Positions 53,151-64,000 of a stretch of DNA of 64,000 nucleotides are shown here, piece after piece. The notes under the pieces were generated by a model. It was not told the origin of the DNA. It made no database searches and saw only the letters and a program-made list of their open reading frames with translations. This stretch comes from Camelus ferus (lineage: Eukaryota): assembly GCF_009834535.1 (NCBI RefSeq), contig NC_045696.1, forward strand, positions 23,624,001 to 23,688,000. The letters run 5' to 3'. Position numbers and translations under genes: made by a program. How positions within the stretch are numbered: position 1 is the first letter of the stretch; every line of letters starts with the position of its first letter.

Positions 53151-53309
53151 TTATCTGTATTATTTTAGAATTCAATTTGAGGATCTGATGTGCCTGATCT
53201 ATTCCATAGAAAATTTTCTAACTTGATCAAATAGTTGGTTCAAACCCCTATTTGGGGTTCTCTTAGAATTCAACACTGAATTGTCTAGAATAACTATGAG
53301 AGAGAAATT

Positions 53310-53442
53310 GGGATGATGGTGATAGTGACGGTACTGGAAGTGGTGGTCATGTTGTGCTGATGGAGAAAATGGTGGTGATGAGGTAGTGATGACAGTGGTG
53401 TTTGTGGTAGTGGTGGTGGAGTTAGGCACGATGGCAGTGGTG
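53310..53442. repeat. Degenerate (GTG/GAT)n trinucleotide low-complexity tract
   Basis: Runs of gtggtg, gatggt and gtagtg. Confidence 0.75.
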
Positions 53443-53557
53443 CTTGCCTTTTTACACAGATCACAGAAATGACCTGTTTTATACCTAGGCTACCTGATCT
53501 TTTAGTGCTTCAGAAAATATATTTAGTGTCATCAGACACAATATAATTAAATTCTAC

Positions 53558-53925
53558 TGTGTTATGAACTGAATTATGTACCCCTCAAATCCACATGGTA
53601 AAGTCCGAACTGCCAGTACCTCAGAATGTGACTGCATTTGGAGATAGGGTCTTTGGGGAGGCAATTAAGGCCAAAATCTAACATAACTGGTGTCCTTACA
53701 AGAAAAGGAGCTTAGGACACAGATATACACAAGGGAAGACTATATGAAGACACAGGGAAAAGAGGGTCACCTACAAGCCAAGGAGAACAGCTTCTGAAGA
53801 GACCAAACCTGCCCACACCTTGATCTTAAATTCCTAGCCCCCATAACTGTGAGAAAACACATTTCTGCTGTTTAAGCTGCCCAATCTATGGTACTTTTTA
53901 ACGGCAGTCCTAGCAAACTAACACA
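53558..53925 (+). mobile_element. MaLR LTR (MLT1B-like)
   Basis: tgttatgaactgaattatgtacccc...cagtacctcagaatgtgact...ggcagtcctagcaaactaacaca. Confidence 0.8.
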
Positions 53926-54045
53926 TACTGCACATGTTAGGCCAAAAAACATTTTGGGAGATTTTACCCATTGTTTTCTCAATAGTTTTCATGGATCTTT
54001 CATAGTGGAAGCATCTCCCCCAGCAAGTTGTGATTATAATGTTTG

Positions 54046-54081
54046 AAATATAAATATAAATATAAATATAAATATAAATAT
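54046..54081. repeat. (AAATAT)n hexamer repeat
   Basis: About 6 units. Confidence 0.9.
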
Positions 54082-57067
54082 TTAAATTGTGGACCTAAGC
54101 TTAGGCAAATTCTGTTATTGGAACAAAAGTCTGATCCAGGGTTAAGGGAAACTGACTGTATTGGACTCTAAAGATGGTAGATTATATTCTAATGTGGCTT
54201 AGAAATGTCATGGACTAGATTTTGCAAGCAATTTAAGGGATTTTCAAGGACAACATTGACAGTACACATTTTGTCACATCACAAGTTGACTCCAGAACTG
54301 AGCCCTCCTCTAAAATTTCTTCCACTATAAATCACAAAGGAAAAGTCTTAGTTTGAGCCAGACATAAAAAGAATTCATACTTATAAGTTAGGGTATAATT
54401 ATTCAACTTCAAAAGAGCCAGTGTTTTTGGAAAATACTGAATTGATCTGGAACATTAAAAACGTGGTAACTTTTTTACAACTTTTTACAAATCAGCTGTA
54501 ATGTACCAACACATTTTGGGGACTACTTCAGTTAGGCAAAATGCCACTTATCTGTCTTGTGATTGCTATGTTTCCATAGAATTCACATCAAAATATAAAC
54601 ACTAATATACCATTTGACTATTGTGTCTCCCCCTACAAGAATGTGTCTGCAAAATCAAGTTTCTGTAGCATATATGGACTAGCTCTCTAACCATCAGAGA
54701 TTACTGCATTGCCCAAGTCTTGGGTCTCCTTTCATTCCTACTGGATTCTGTTCAAGACACTCTGGAGTTCTAATAGCCCCAACCATTTAATTTATTCAAT
54801 CTGCAGATTCTTGCTTTGGCTAGCTCTGTATAAACATTTTATTTTTCTTAATAAAATAAACTCTTATTTCAAAACCACTCTTTGTGTGGGCAGAGAGGGC
54901 TGTGGTAGAGCCTTGTGAGGAGTAAAATATTTCTCAACACCAGAAAAATACTCATGACTTTTTCAAAGGATGTTTCCAATTAAAAAAAAAATCAACCTCA
55001 ATCATTGGAGAGGAGATAGAGATGGCAGTTTATTTGAAGTTGATAATTTAATTTTTTCTTCTGAAAAATTGCCTCCACTTAAAATATATCATGAAATAGG
55101 AGTTTTATGAAAATATTGTTAACTCATTACTTTTGATTATTCTTATACCACTCATTAAGTGCTTCAAAGTAAAGCCCATAACCACACTTACTTTCTTCTC
55201 TCTTCTCTGCACTGCACTGTCCTGTTCCTACACTCTTGAACAGAATTTTTCAAATCAGGTTGGCATATTTGCTTTCCTACCACAGCAGTAACAGAAATGT
55301 CTGGGAGATGACGTGCCTGGGGACAAGCATGAGTCATCATATTTCTCATACTCTGTTTCTTATAACAGAGCTATTTGTAATCTCTGTAGACTTCACTTAT
55401 TTTTCTAATTACAATGTCAACCCTCTGTATCAATACTTGTCTATTTGAAGCAAACTTTTAAAGTTGAATCCTACTAAAGTGTATTCTGAGACATACAGAT
55501 ATTTTTTCAACAAGAAATCTATTTCATTGAATACACTTCAAACTAAAAATCTATAAATTTACATTAGGACACCAATTCTGACCGGAGAGGAGGAGAAAGA
55601 GGAAGCTGAAACAGAGATGCAGGCTTGGCCAGGAAAGTGGGGCGTTGGGATCTTGTCATCCCTGAAGAGGAAGGAAGAGAGTGCTTCCAGAAGGAAGTTT
55701 CCCACAGTGTCAGATGTGTCAGAGAGTTCAGAAAATTAGTGACTAACAAACACCATTTGATTTCAACAAAAAAGTTGAGAGCAGTTTTAGGCAGGTTTGC
55801 AGGGAACTCAAATAGCTAAGAGTTGGAGGTAAACAAGATACTGGAAAGCAGAAAAATCTAGTGTAGAGAGCCCTTTCGTGAAGTTTGACAGGGAAGGAAA
55901 GAGAGAGGAGGGAGTAACAGCTTGGAGATGTGGGGCTGAGAGATTACAGAATTATCAACCTTGGGAGACATTAGAGAACTTCTCTAAGAAAAGGAAAGAA
56001 GGAGCCAGAAGAGAGGGAAAGAAGGAAGACTCAAGAGGGGAAAAGGATAACCCATGCAGCTGAGAGACCCTTAGGTGGCAGGAGTAGATAAAGTCAGATG
56101 GGTTTCATTTTTACAGGAAGAGAAACTCTACACCATCTTGACAGAAGTGAGAAGGAATTAGTGGGTGACAAAGATAACATTGGAGTATATTGCTGTATCT
56201 ATATCAGGACTGCACATGTGTACACGTTGCTACTTGCTGTTTCTGAAATGCACCTCCGCAACTTCCTCCCTCCATGTACATGTATCTCCTAGTCTTGTTG
56301 CCAGACACAGCTCAAACATCATTTCTGGAAAGCCTTCTTTGGCAGGTGCAGTCTGCTTTGCTAGTTTCTCCTCCTTGCTCTCAGATGCTCCTTTATGCAC
56401 ATTTTGTCCTGTAATAGTCATTTATTCGTCAGTCTTCTCGTTTAGACAGCAAACACTTTGAAGGTAGAGGCATATTTTATGTGCCTTTGTATCACAGAGC
56501 CTTACACACTTGAGGAACTTCATCTGCATTTGTTAAATCAGCAACCACTTCTGCTGAGTTGAAATGAATGGCCCTGGGCACACCTCTGAACACTGTGAGT
56601 GGCAAGGCCTGGGTGTGGAGGTGATCCTCCTGTCCTTTCTTGCTGTCAGTTTCTGCTCCTGGCTTGACTCGCTATTTTTTCTAATCATCTCTCTGCAGCT
56701 GTTATTTTGAGCTTGGCTTTACTCCAGGCTCCGTGAACATGGCTTCACTCAGCCTCTTTCTCCATTCCAAAAAGTCACCCCAAGTAACAGCTTTTTAATT
56801 ACATGTTAGGGTTTGATGGGGAAAAGCAGAAATGTGCGAAACAGGAATCAGTGCACAGTGGAGTACTAAAAACTGTCATATAAACCAGTTAAAAATCTCA
56901 ATGACAATCAGACAATCAATTTCTACTTATAGAAAAACTCTGGGTATCTTTCTCATGAGAAAACGGCCTGCCACCCTTTACAGGGGCTGCCCAATCCTTA
57001 TCTCTCTCCAGAATTCCTTCTCTACTTTTCTCCCCAAGCCATGCCACTCACTCCTCTCCACAAGGAT

Positions 57068-57520
57068 TATAGTAGGTGGAATAATGGTTCCTCCAAGGTG
57101 TCCATGTCTTAATCCTCAGAACCTATGAATGTGTGGCAAAGGGGCAATTAAGATTGCAAGTCAGCTGACCTCACAATGGGGAGAGGAGCCTGGATCATCC
57201 AGGTGGATTCAATGTAACCACAGTGTCTTTAAAAGTGAAGAGGGAGGCAGCAATTTCAGTAAGACTCCACCAGCCACTGCTGGCTTTCCAGATGAAAGGG
57301 GCCACAATCAAGGAATGCTGGAGCCCCACGATGCTGGCAAGGGCAAGAAAATGCATTCTCCCCTTGAACTTTCAGAACAGGACTCAGCCCTCTTGACATC
57401 TTGACTCCAGTCCCCTGAGACCTGTGTTGGCTTTCTAAGTTACAGAATTGTAAGATAATAAAGTTGTGTTGTTGTAAACCATTGAGTCTGTAATAATTTG
57501 TTCAGCAGCAAATAGAGCAC
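57068..57520 (+). mobile_element. MaLR LTR (MLT1D-like)
   Basis: aataatggttcctccaaggtgtccatgtcttaatcc...cagaattgtaagataataaa...aatttgttcagcagca. Confidence 0.75.
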
Positions 57521-60109
57521 AAATATAAGGACCAAGATAACAAATCCAAATCCATTTTGATGTGAAATATCTTAAATCTTTTGGCTCAAAATCTGCTTCA
57601 GCCCCAGCTCTGGGACTTTGTTTTGCCAAATTAAAAAGAACATTAACAAACTTTGCTTTACAAAACAGTTATCTATCCCTAAGAAGAATGAAAAGGAGCC
57701 TTCTTGTACTTAAGCCCTCTGATCATGTTTATGACAACATTTTTCATTTCTATCACAAATACACTGTTTGATACATGACTCCAGAAATAACATTGTTCCT
57801 CTTCCAGGAAGACAGTAATATATTACATTGTTCATTTTAAATGGGGATGTATAAATAATGTGCCTATTAAAGGGAAGGGAGAAGAAAAGCTTGAGGAATA
57901 GGAATTTTTTAAAATGTTGATTTGCCAAACTCTTCCAATTTGATTCTTACAACACTTACAACTAATTATTGAGAGAGCAGAGTATTAAAGTTTAATAAAC
58001 TTGAGCAAAAACATCCTACACCCACTTAACCCTTTCAGTTATTCAAACAGAGCTTCCTACATTGGACAGGAGTAAAGGTCTAAGGCAATCCTTCCCATTG
58101 TGGAAACAAATCACATGGAGATCTTTTTAAAATGCAGATTCTAATTCAGTGGCTCTGGGTGGGAGCGGAGATTCTGAGGTCCTGACTTCTAATGTGTTCC
58201 TAGTTAATGATGTGGGTCCAGGGACCAACATCAAGTAGTAAATTCATAGGGGACCTTGAGGGTCACAGTAAAACCGAATGCTTGAGTTCTATGATTCTAT
58301 AAATTAAACACATCAAAAAAAAAGGATATGCTCACTGAATCTCAGTTTATGTAGCAAAGAGAAAATTCTATGAAATTATTATTTGGGATTGAGAGTCATT
58401 TTATGATAAGACTTTAAGATTATGAATTCCATTTGCAATTGCTTATTGCATCATTAAACAATTCTTTTTTCAGTGACAAGCTTAGTGTTCCCCCATCTCA
58501 AGCCTCTAGTGTGTGTATCAAACATATGTTTCATAATAGATTTCTATTATGCGCGCCAGGAAATGGTAGCATTATGTGGTCAGATGCCATCAGCTAGTTC
58601 CTTTCCCACTGCTGTCATTGCCTGAGAGATATTCCAAATCTCCAACAGAAGTCTTGCATTTGATTCCACATCCAACATGTTACAGGAACAACAGTAAGTA
58701 CCTCAATTCTGATCCTGTTACCTAGACATAAAAAAATACCAATATTTGTTAGCAATGCTTACAAAACCCCGCCCCCGCCCCCACGGTCCATCTCTTGCCT
58801 AGCTCTTCAGTCCCATCGTATGTCAATCTCTCTCCCTCACTGAATCATCTCCAGCCACACTGTTATTATTCCATTTCTTTCAGTATTTCACTTTACCTCC
58901 CACCTCAAGACTGTTTATGATTTTCTCTCCCCGTAAATACAACCCTCCCCAAACTCCTCACTTTAATGCTTAATCATTTTCCCAATCTCAACTCAAAAGT
59001 CACCTTGTCAAAATCTTTTTTGACTCAGACGAAGTCACACATCCTTGCCATACAATCTCACAAGCTTCTTGAAATGCACTATCACAGCTTGTAATTATAT
59101 ACCTGAGTGATGTTGGTCACACTTTTTCTCCCTAGATGACCACATGTTCCATGAGGGCAGGTCTATGTATGGCCCCACCACATTGCATTCATACTGCCTA
59201 GCACAGTAGAAAGCATTTAATAAATGTTGATGAAAGAACAAATGCAAAATTTAATTTTTTTAATGGGCCTAATTAGCTAACATCAGGGTCAGGGACATAC
59301 TGTCTAAAAGAAAAATGATTGGCTTAGAAATGAATTTTAGAACAAAACTTTTTAGTTTGTTGATGACTGATAATGTGTTAGCCTGATCAGTTCTTACCTT
59401 TAGATCTGTTTATTTGTTCATTTTTTTATCCATCACCAGGGACTATGCGAGGTGCTGGGAACATGGATATGGGTCTAGCGGTCATCTGATCCTTGCACAC
59501 ATTCCCTGTTGTCTGAGCAATGCTCAAAGAACCAGAGAGAGGCTTGTGTACAGTTTTCAGCTGTGTCTAAATCAATGACTACAACAGAGACTATGAAGTC
59601 AGGGCATGGTTAGAATCCAACTCATGTCATTTCCATTTCCAGGATAAAGACCTGTGTGGACTGCCTGGTCTATGTTTTAAATGATAGGAGGGCTAAACAT
59701 TATTCTACTACAGTGAAGCAAGACATAGCCTTTTGCCACCTCCTCCCCACTAAGTGTTGTTTGCAAATTCAGTGATGATCAGAATATGTCATGTAAATAC
59801 TTAAATGAAAATAGTACTTAACACACTTCAAAACCCTAGAGGAATAGCATTTCCCTTATAGGTAGATTTGAATGCAGAACAGGCATTTTGATGTTTCCCC
59901 TAAACTCACAATATAGAATTTTACCCATGTATTTTTAAATTTTGAAATGAATAAAATATAAACAAAAAATGGATGATTTTCATCCTAGTTTTAAAGAAAT
60001 TCTTTGTTAATGTAGAGTCAAGAGGCCCTTTATGAGACTTCAGGGCTTTGCCAAAAGTGATAGTTTCCAGTCAAAAGAAAAAAAAATGATACTGATTTTG
60101 AAGATTCCT

Positions 60110-60700
60110 TCATAAAACAAATATTTATTGAATTCTGCTTTTCCTCCAGGCAGCCTCTTAGGGAAAAATGTTCTTATACTCATGGAGTTTATGTTTTCAT
60201 TAGGAGAAACTAACAAGTTAATGACACAAAATGGGAAGTATTATGAAGACAGTGCAAGAGTGTATCAAGACAGAGTTAAGGGGTAGACTGACCCGGAAAG
60301 GAGACATTTGAGCTGAGATGTGAATCCTGGGAGGAAGAATGCCTTGCAAAGAGCTGGAGAAAGGACAGAGGGACAAGGAACGCAGAAGACCCAAAGCAGA
60401 AACCATGGTGGCATCTCAGAGGAACAGAAAGAAAGGGTCAGGTGGCCCAAAGTTGAAGAAGGAGATTGTGCAGGGATCATGTAGGTTTGATTTCTAATTG
60501 CAGTTGGAAACCACAGATTTTTGAGCAGCAGTGGTGTAAAGTTTAAAAAATTACTCTGGTGCTAATAGAAAATAAAGTCTAACTGAGCAAGGGAAGATGG
60601 AGGGAGATCAGTTCGGTTATTGCATTAGACCAAGGAAGAGCTGGTAGCAGCTTGAATCAGAGCAGTAGCCATAAAACTAGAGTAAAGTTCTTGGAATCGA
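60110..60700. mobile_element. L2 3' fragment
   Basis: aaacaaatatttattga...gacatttgagctgaga...gattttttgagcag-like L2 motifs. Confidence 0.55.
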
Positions 60701-62619
60701 AATGCAACTCTACACATAAATACTTCAAATAAATTCTAGTTGAGCAGGCATCTTACATAGGAAGGCACTCCATCAGGCAACTGCCATTCTCTGCAGACTA
60801 CTATATCAAAGCATGCTATAGTGAAGGCTAAAGTAAGATTTATTTCATATATAGGTTCAGTCAACAGACAGTACTTTGAGTTCAGCCAGTATGTTGGATT
60901 CAGCCAACCATCTTTTCAATACTTGCCTTTAGTTACAAATGTGCCAAGGCATTGAAAAGGGATCACTATGATTCTATTATAACTTTCTGCAAACACATCC
61001 CCTATAATTAATGAAACGTGATGTCAATAATGCCTCAGCAAGGTACTCATTTTAGTAAAAGAAGTGGTAACTTCATACATTGACAAGATTAATCTTCTAA
61101 TCAGATAATGGGAAGGCAACTAAAAATTATTTAGGATCTTGAGTATTTTAAAATTTGGAACGCATTCTCTAAATACAAGTATTACCAAATAAGTGATACT
61201 TAGAAGCCAGAATAGCTTTCTAGTTCTTATTTCACCCTGTTGTCCAAATCATTGTCCAAAATACTTGGAGACCACTGCACCTGCTTTTCTTACATTGGAG
61301 AGCCTAATACTTCAACGTACACAATCACCTGTATAACATGTTTAACCCTTTCATGCTAGGCTTTGATTGGAGCCCATTTTACTTTCATCATCAAATACAT
61401 TAATATTGTTAATCACTGGAGTATAACACAGCAAAACTTTGTTGATTTCTTTAATTAGAATTTATGTAATAAATAAAATTTTACACTGCCATTGTGCTAG
61501 ATGGGACTGAATTTATAACACTATTTAAAAAATTACAAGTACCTTTAGTGGCAGTAAATGAATATATTTATTATTATTATTAGAATAATAACAATATTGA
61601 TAATAATATTTCCAAATCATAGTTTCCACTAAAGGATAATTCTGTATGAAATAACTATTTTTATATGTAAGATATTACATTCACATTCAGAACCATAACT
61701 ATACAGTTTCAAATAGTATGATCTATTTGCAAAACTATGTCAAAATTTCTGCTCTTACTTTTTAAATAATAAACTCTACTTTCCTGAAAATGTACTCTCT
61801 TTAACCATTGTTATTTTTGGTCTCCGAAACTGTAACTCGTAGAAAGTGTAACTCACAGACACAGAATGTTTTAATTAACAGTGTTGGAAAAATAATATTT
61901 CTGGTTTGAATTTTCCACATTTGAACCAGGAATGAAAATTGAAACTAATATTTGAAAAAAATGAGTTATTTCTCCCCAATTATTTCCTGAGTTTTATTAT
62001 ACATAGAAACAGAGTTTTCACTGAAGGCTAGTCAGTGGGTGGAAAGGTTAGGGCTGTTCTCTTTCTGTTGTTCTTATAATTAAAAATATTTCTAAGTGTA
62101 TCTATATCATAATTACCTTCTGAAGGAGTCTCATTCTGTCTTCTGTGTTCCAACTCAATACAAATACAATGATAAGTTTAATTAAAATAGTAAATAGTAT
62201 TATAAAATAATTCATGTATAGTTAGAGCTGGGTAAGAGAGTAAAGCAGGGCTAATTTACATTGTTTAATGTCCAAATAAAACTCATGCCTCTAGACTATT
62301 AGCTTAGTCTCCTGATTCTGAACACTTTTCAATTACTTTTGTGTTGCTTTGTGATTTGCAGTAATTTGAAACCTATAAGTCATAGCTTTCATAGTAATTA
62401 TAATATCAAATGAAAATTTCACGGTGGGGAAAGAGAGCTCCCAAGTTCCTTAGAGAATTAAAGGTGGAGTTTGTGTTGAACTCAATAACTAAGAGAGAGG
62501 GAGAATTATAGCCAAATGCTTTGAGAAAAAATTCCCACTTGTATTAAAGAACATGAGTTACCAATTATGGATTATGGGAAAAAAATCCTAAACATTGCTT
62601 TTCTGGGCAAATTATATTT

Positions 62620-63340
62620 TGATATAATTTCAAACAGTGTGAAGTTACAAGAATCATGTGAGTAACTCCTGTATATTCTTGACCAAAATTGAACAGCTGT
62701 TTACAATTAGCACCATTTACTTTATTATCCTGTCTCTCTCTCTCTATCAATTTTTTCTGAACTTTTGAGAATAAGTTCTAGACATCTTGCAGCTTGACCC
62801 CTAAGTACCAGCATGTATTTCCTAGGAACAAGGAAATGCTCTTAAAAGACCACAATATAATTATTAAAATCAAGAAAATCAATATGGATATACTACTATT
62901 ATCTAACACATATTCCTTTTCCAAATTCACCAATTGCCCCATTAATGAATGATACCCTTTACAGCCCTGTCCCCTCTCCTTCTGTACTCCACCCTCTTTT
63001 CAGGGTCCAACCCAGGACCACATATTGCATTTTGTGGTCACATCTCTTCAATCTCTTTAAATCTTGAATAGTTTCTCAGTCTTCTGTTTCAAGACCTTTA
63101 CATTTTCTAAGAGGTCAATTATTTTGTAAAACATCCCTCAATTTGAGTATGTCTGATGTTCTGTCATGATTAGATAATATTAGGCGTTTTTGATAGAAAT
63201 ACCTCAGAATCACATGAGGATTTGTCCCTTTATTGTTGCTGTTAACTTTGATCAAATGAATAGGTTGGTGTCTATAAAGTTACTACTTTCTCTTTTATAA
63301 TGAATAAGTTTGTAGTGAGTTATTTAGAGATTATATAAAT
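62620..63340 (-). mobile_element. Old L1 (L1MC/ME-type) 3' region
   Basis: Characteristic tgacccctaagtac..catgtatttccta..aacaagga and tccaacccaggaccacatattgcattt motifs. Confidence 0.65.
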
Positions 63341-63345
63341 ATCTC

Positions 63346-64000
63346 TGTGATGGCTAATTTTACATGTCAACTTGGCTAGGTTCTGGTGCCCAGTTGTTTG
63401 GTCAAACACTAACCTAGATGTTGTTGTGAAGATACCTCCTAGAGGTTTACATTCACAATCTGTTGACTTTAAATAAAGCAAATTACCATTAATAATGTGG
63501 GTGGGCCTCATCCAATCAGGTGAAGACCTTAAGAGCAAACCCTGCATTTTAAAACTTTTATTATTATTAAGGGGGTAGGGTAGAGCTCAGTGGTAGATTA
63601 CATGCCTAGCATGTACAAGATCCTGGATTAAATCCCCAGTATCTCTATTAAAAAATAAAAAATAAAAAATAAAAATAAAAAAATAAATAAATCTAATTAC
63701 CTCCCCCAACACAATCTAAAAATAAATAAAGAAATAAATAAAATATTTAAATTTTCACTATTATTCTTTATAATAGTGATTTTTATTATTACATTTTTTA
63801 TTGTATCAGACAAATTACATAGTGATTTGGTATCCTTACACACTACGAAATGATCACAAGTCTAGTAACCATCTGAAAACCTGAGGTTTTTTTAGAAGAT
63901 TGTAACATAGAAATCCTACCTGAGTTTCCTGCCTGCTGGTCTGCCCTACAGATTTTGAACTTGTCGGCTCCCACAATGGTGTAAGCTAATTCCTTAAAAT
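63346..64000 (+). mobile_element. ERVL LTR (MLT2-like) interrupted by an L1 tail and a SINE (about 63545-63875)
   Basis: tgtgatggctaattttacatgtcaacttggctagg...gtgggtgggcctcatccaatcag; LTR sequence resumes at about 63876. Confidence 0.8.
63570..63745 (+). mobile_element. tRNA-Ala-derived SINE (camelid Vic-1-like)
   Basis: ggggtagggtagagctcagtggtag...catgcctagcatg...atccccagtatctc, A-rich middle, and the same ctaatta(c/t)ctccccc tail motif as the 31.6 kb copy. Confidence 0.85.

Noticed and set aside
53199..53429. Thr/His-rich ORF
   Set aside because: Translation of a degenerate trinucleotide tract
1..64000. CRISPR arrays, operons, rRNA, snoRNA or miRNA genes
   Set aside because: Mammalian intronic and intergenic DNA; no repeat-spacer array or recognisable structured RNA seen by eye, though small RNAs could be missed without an Rfam scan

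Overview
Mammalian genomic DNA, probably camelid, judging from two tRNA-Ala-derived Vic-1-like SINEs plus artiodactyl-type L1 and Tigger elements. The window holds the 5' end of the deubiquitinase gene USP25 on the minus strand: a CpG-island promoter, coding exon 1 (22784-22828), exon 2 (3674-3751) and exon 3 (4-148), with the gene continuing off the left edge. About 41 kb of upstream intergenic DNA follows. Three processed pseudogenes are recognisable: RBPMS2 (inside USP25 intron 1, antisense to the host), RPSA (full length, with TSD) and RAD23B (internally deleted, long 3'UTR). The rest is mostly interspersed repeats (L1, L2, MIR, MaLR/ERV LTRs, DNA transposons). I found no new multi-gene system. 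The best leads are regulatory features of USP25: a candidate 69-nt in-frame cassette exon that would split the UBA domain, an AG|GT recursive-splice-like site in intron 1, a 5'UTR uORF, and a possible far-upstream alternative exon. All gene and repeat names come from my recall of known sequences, not from database searches, and repeat boundaries are approximate.
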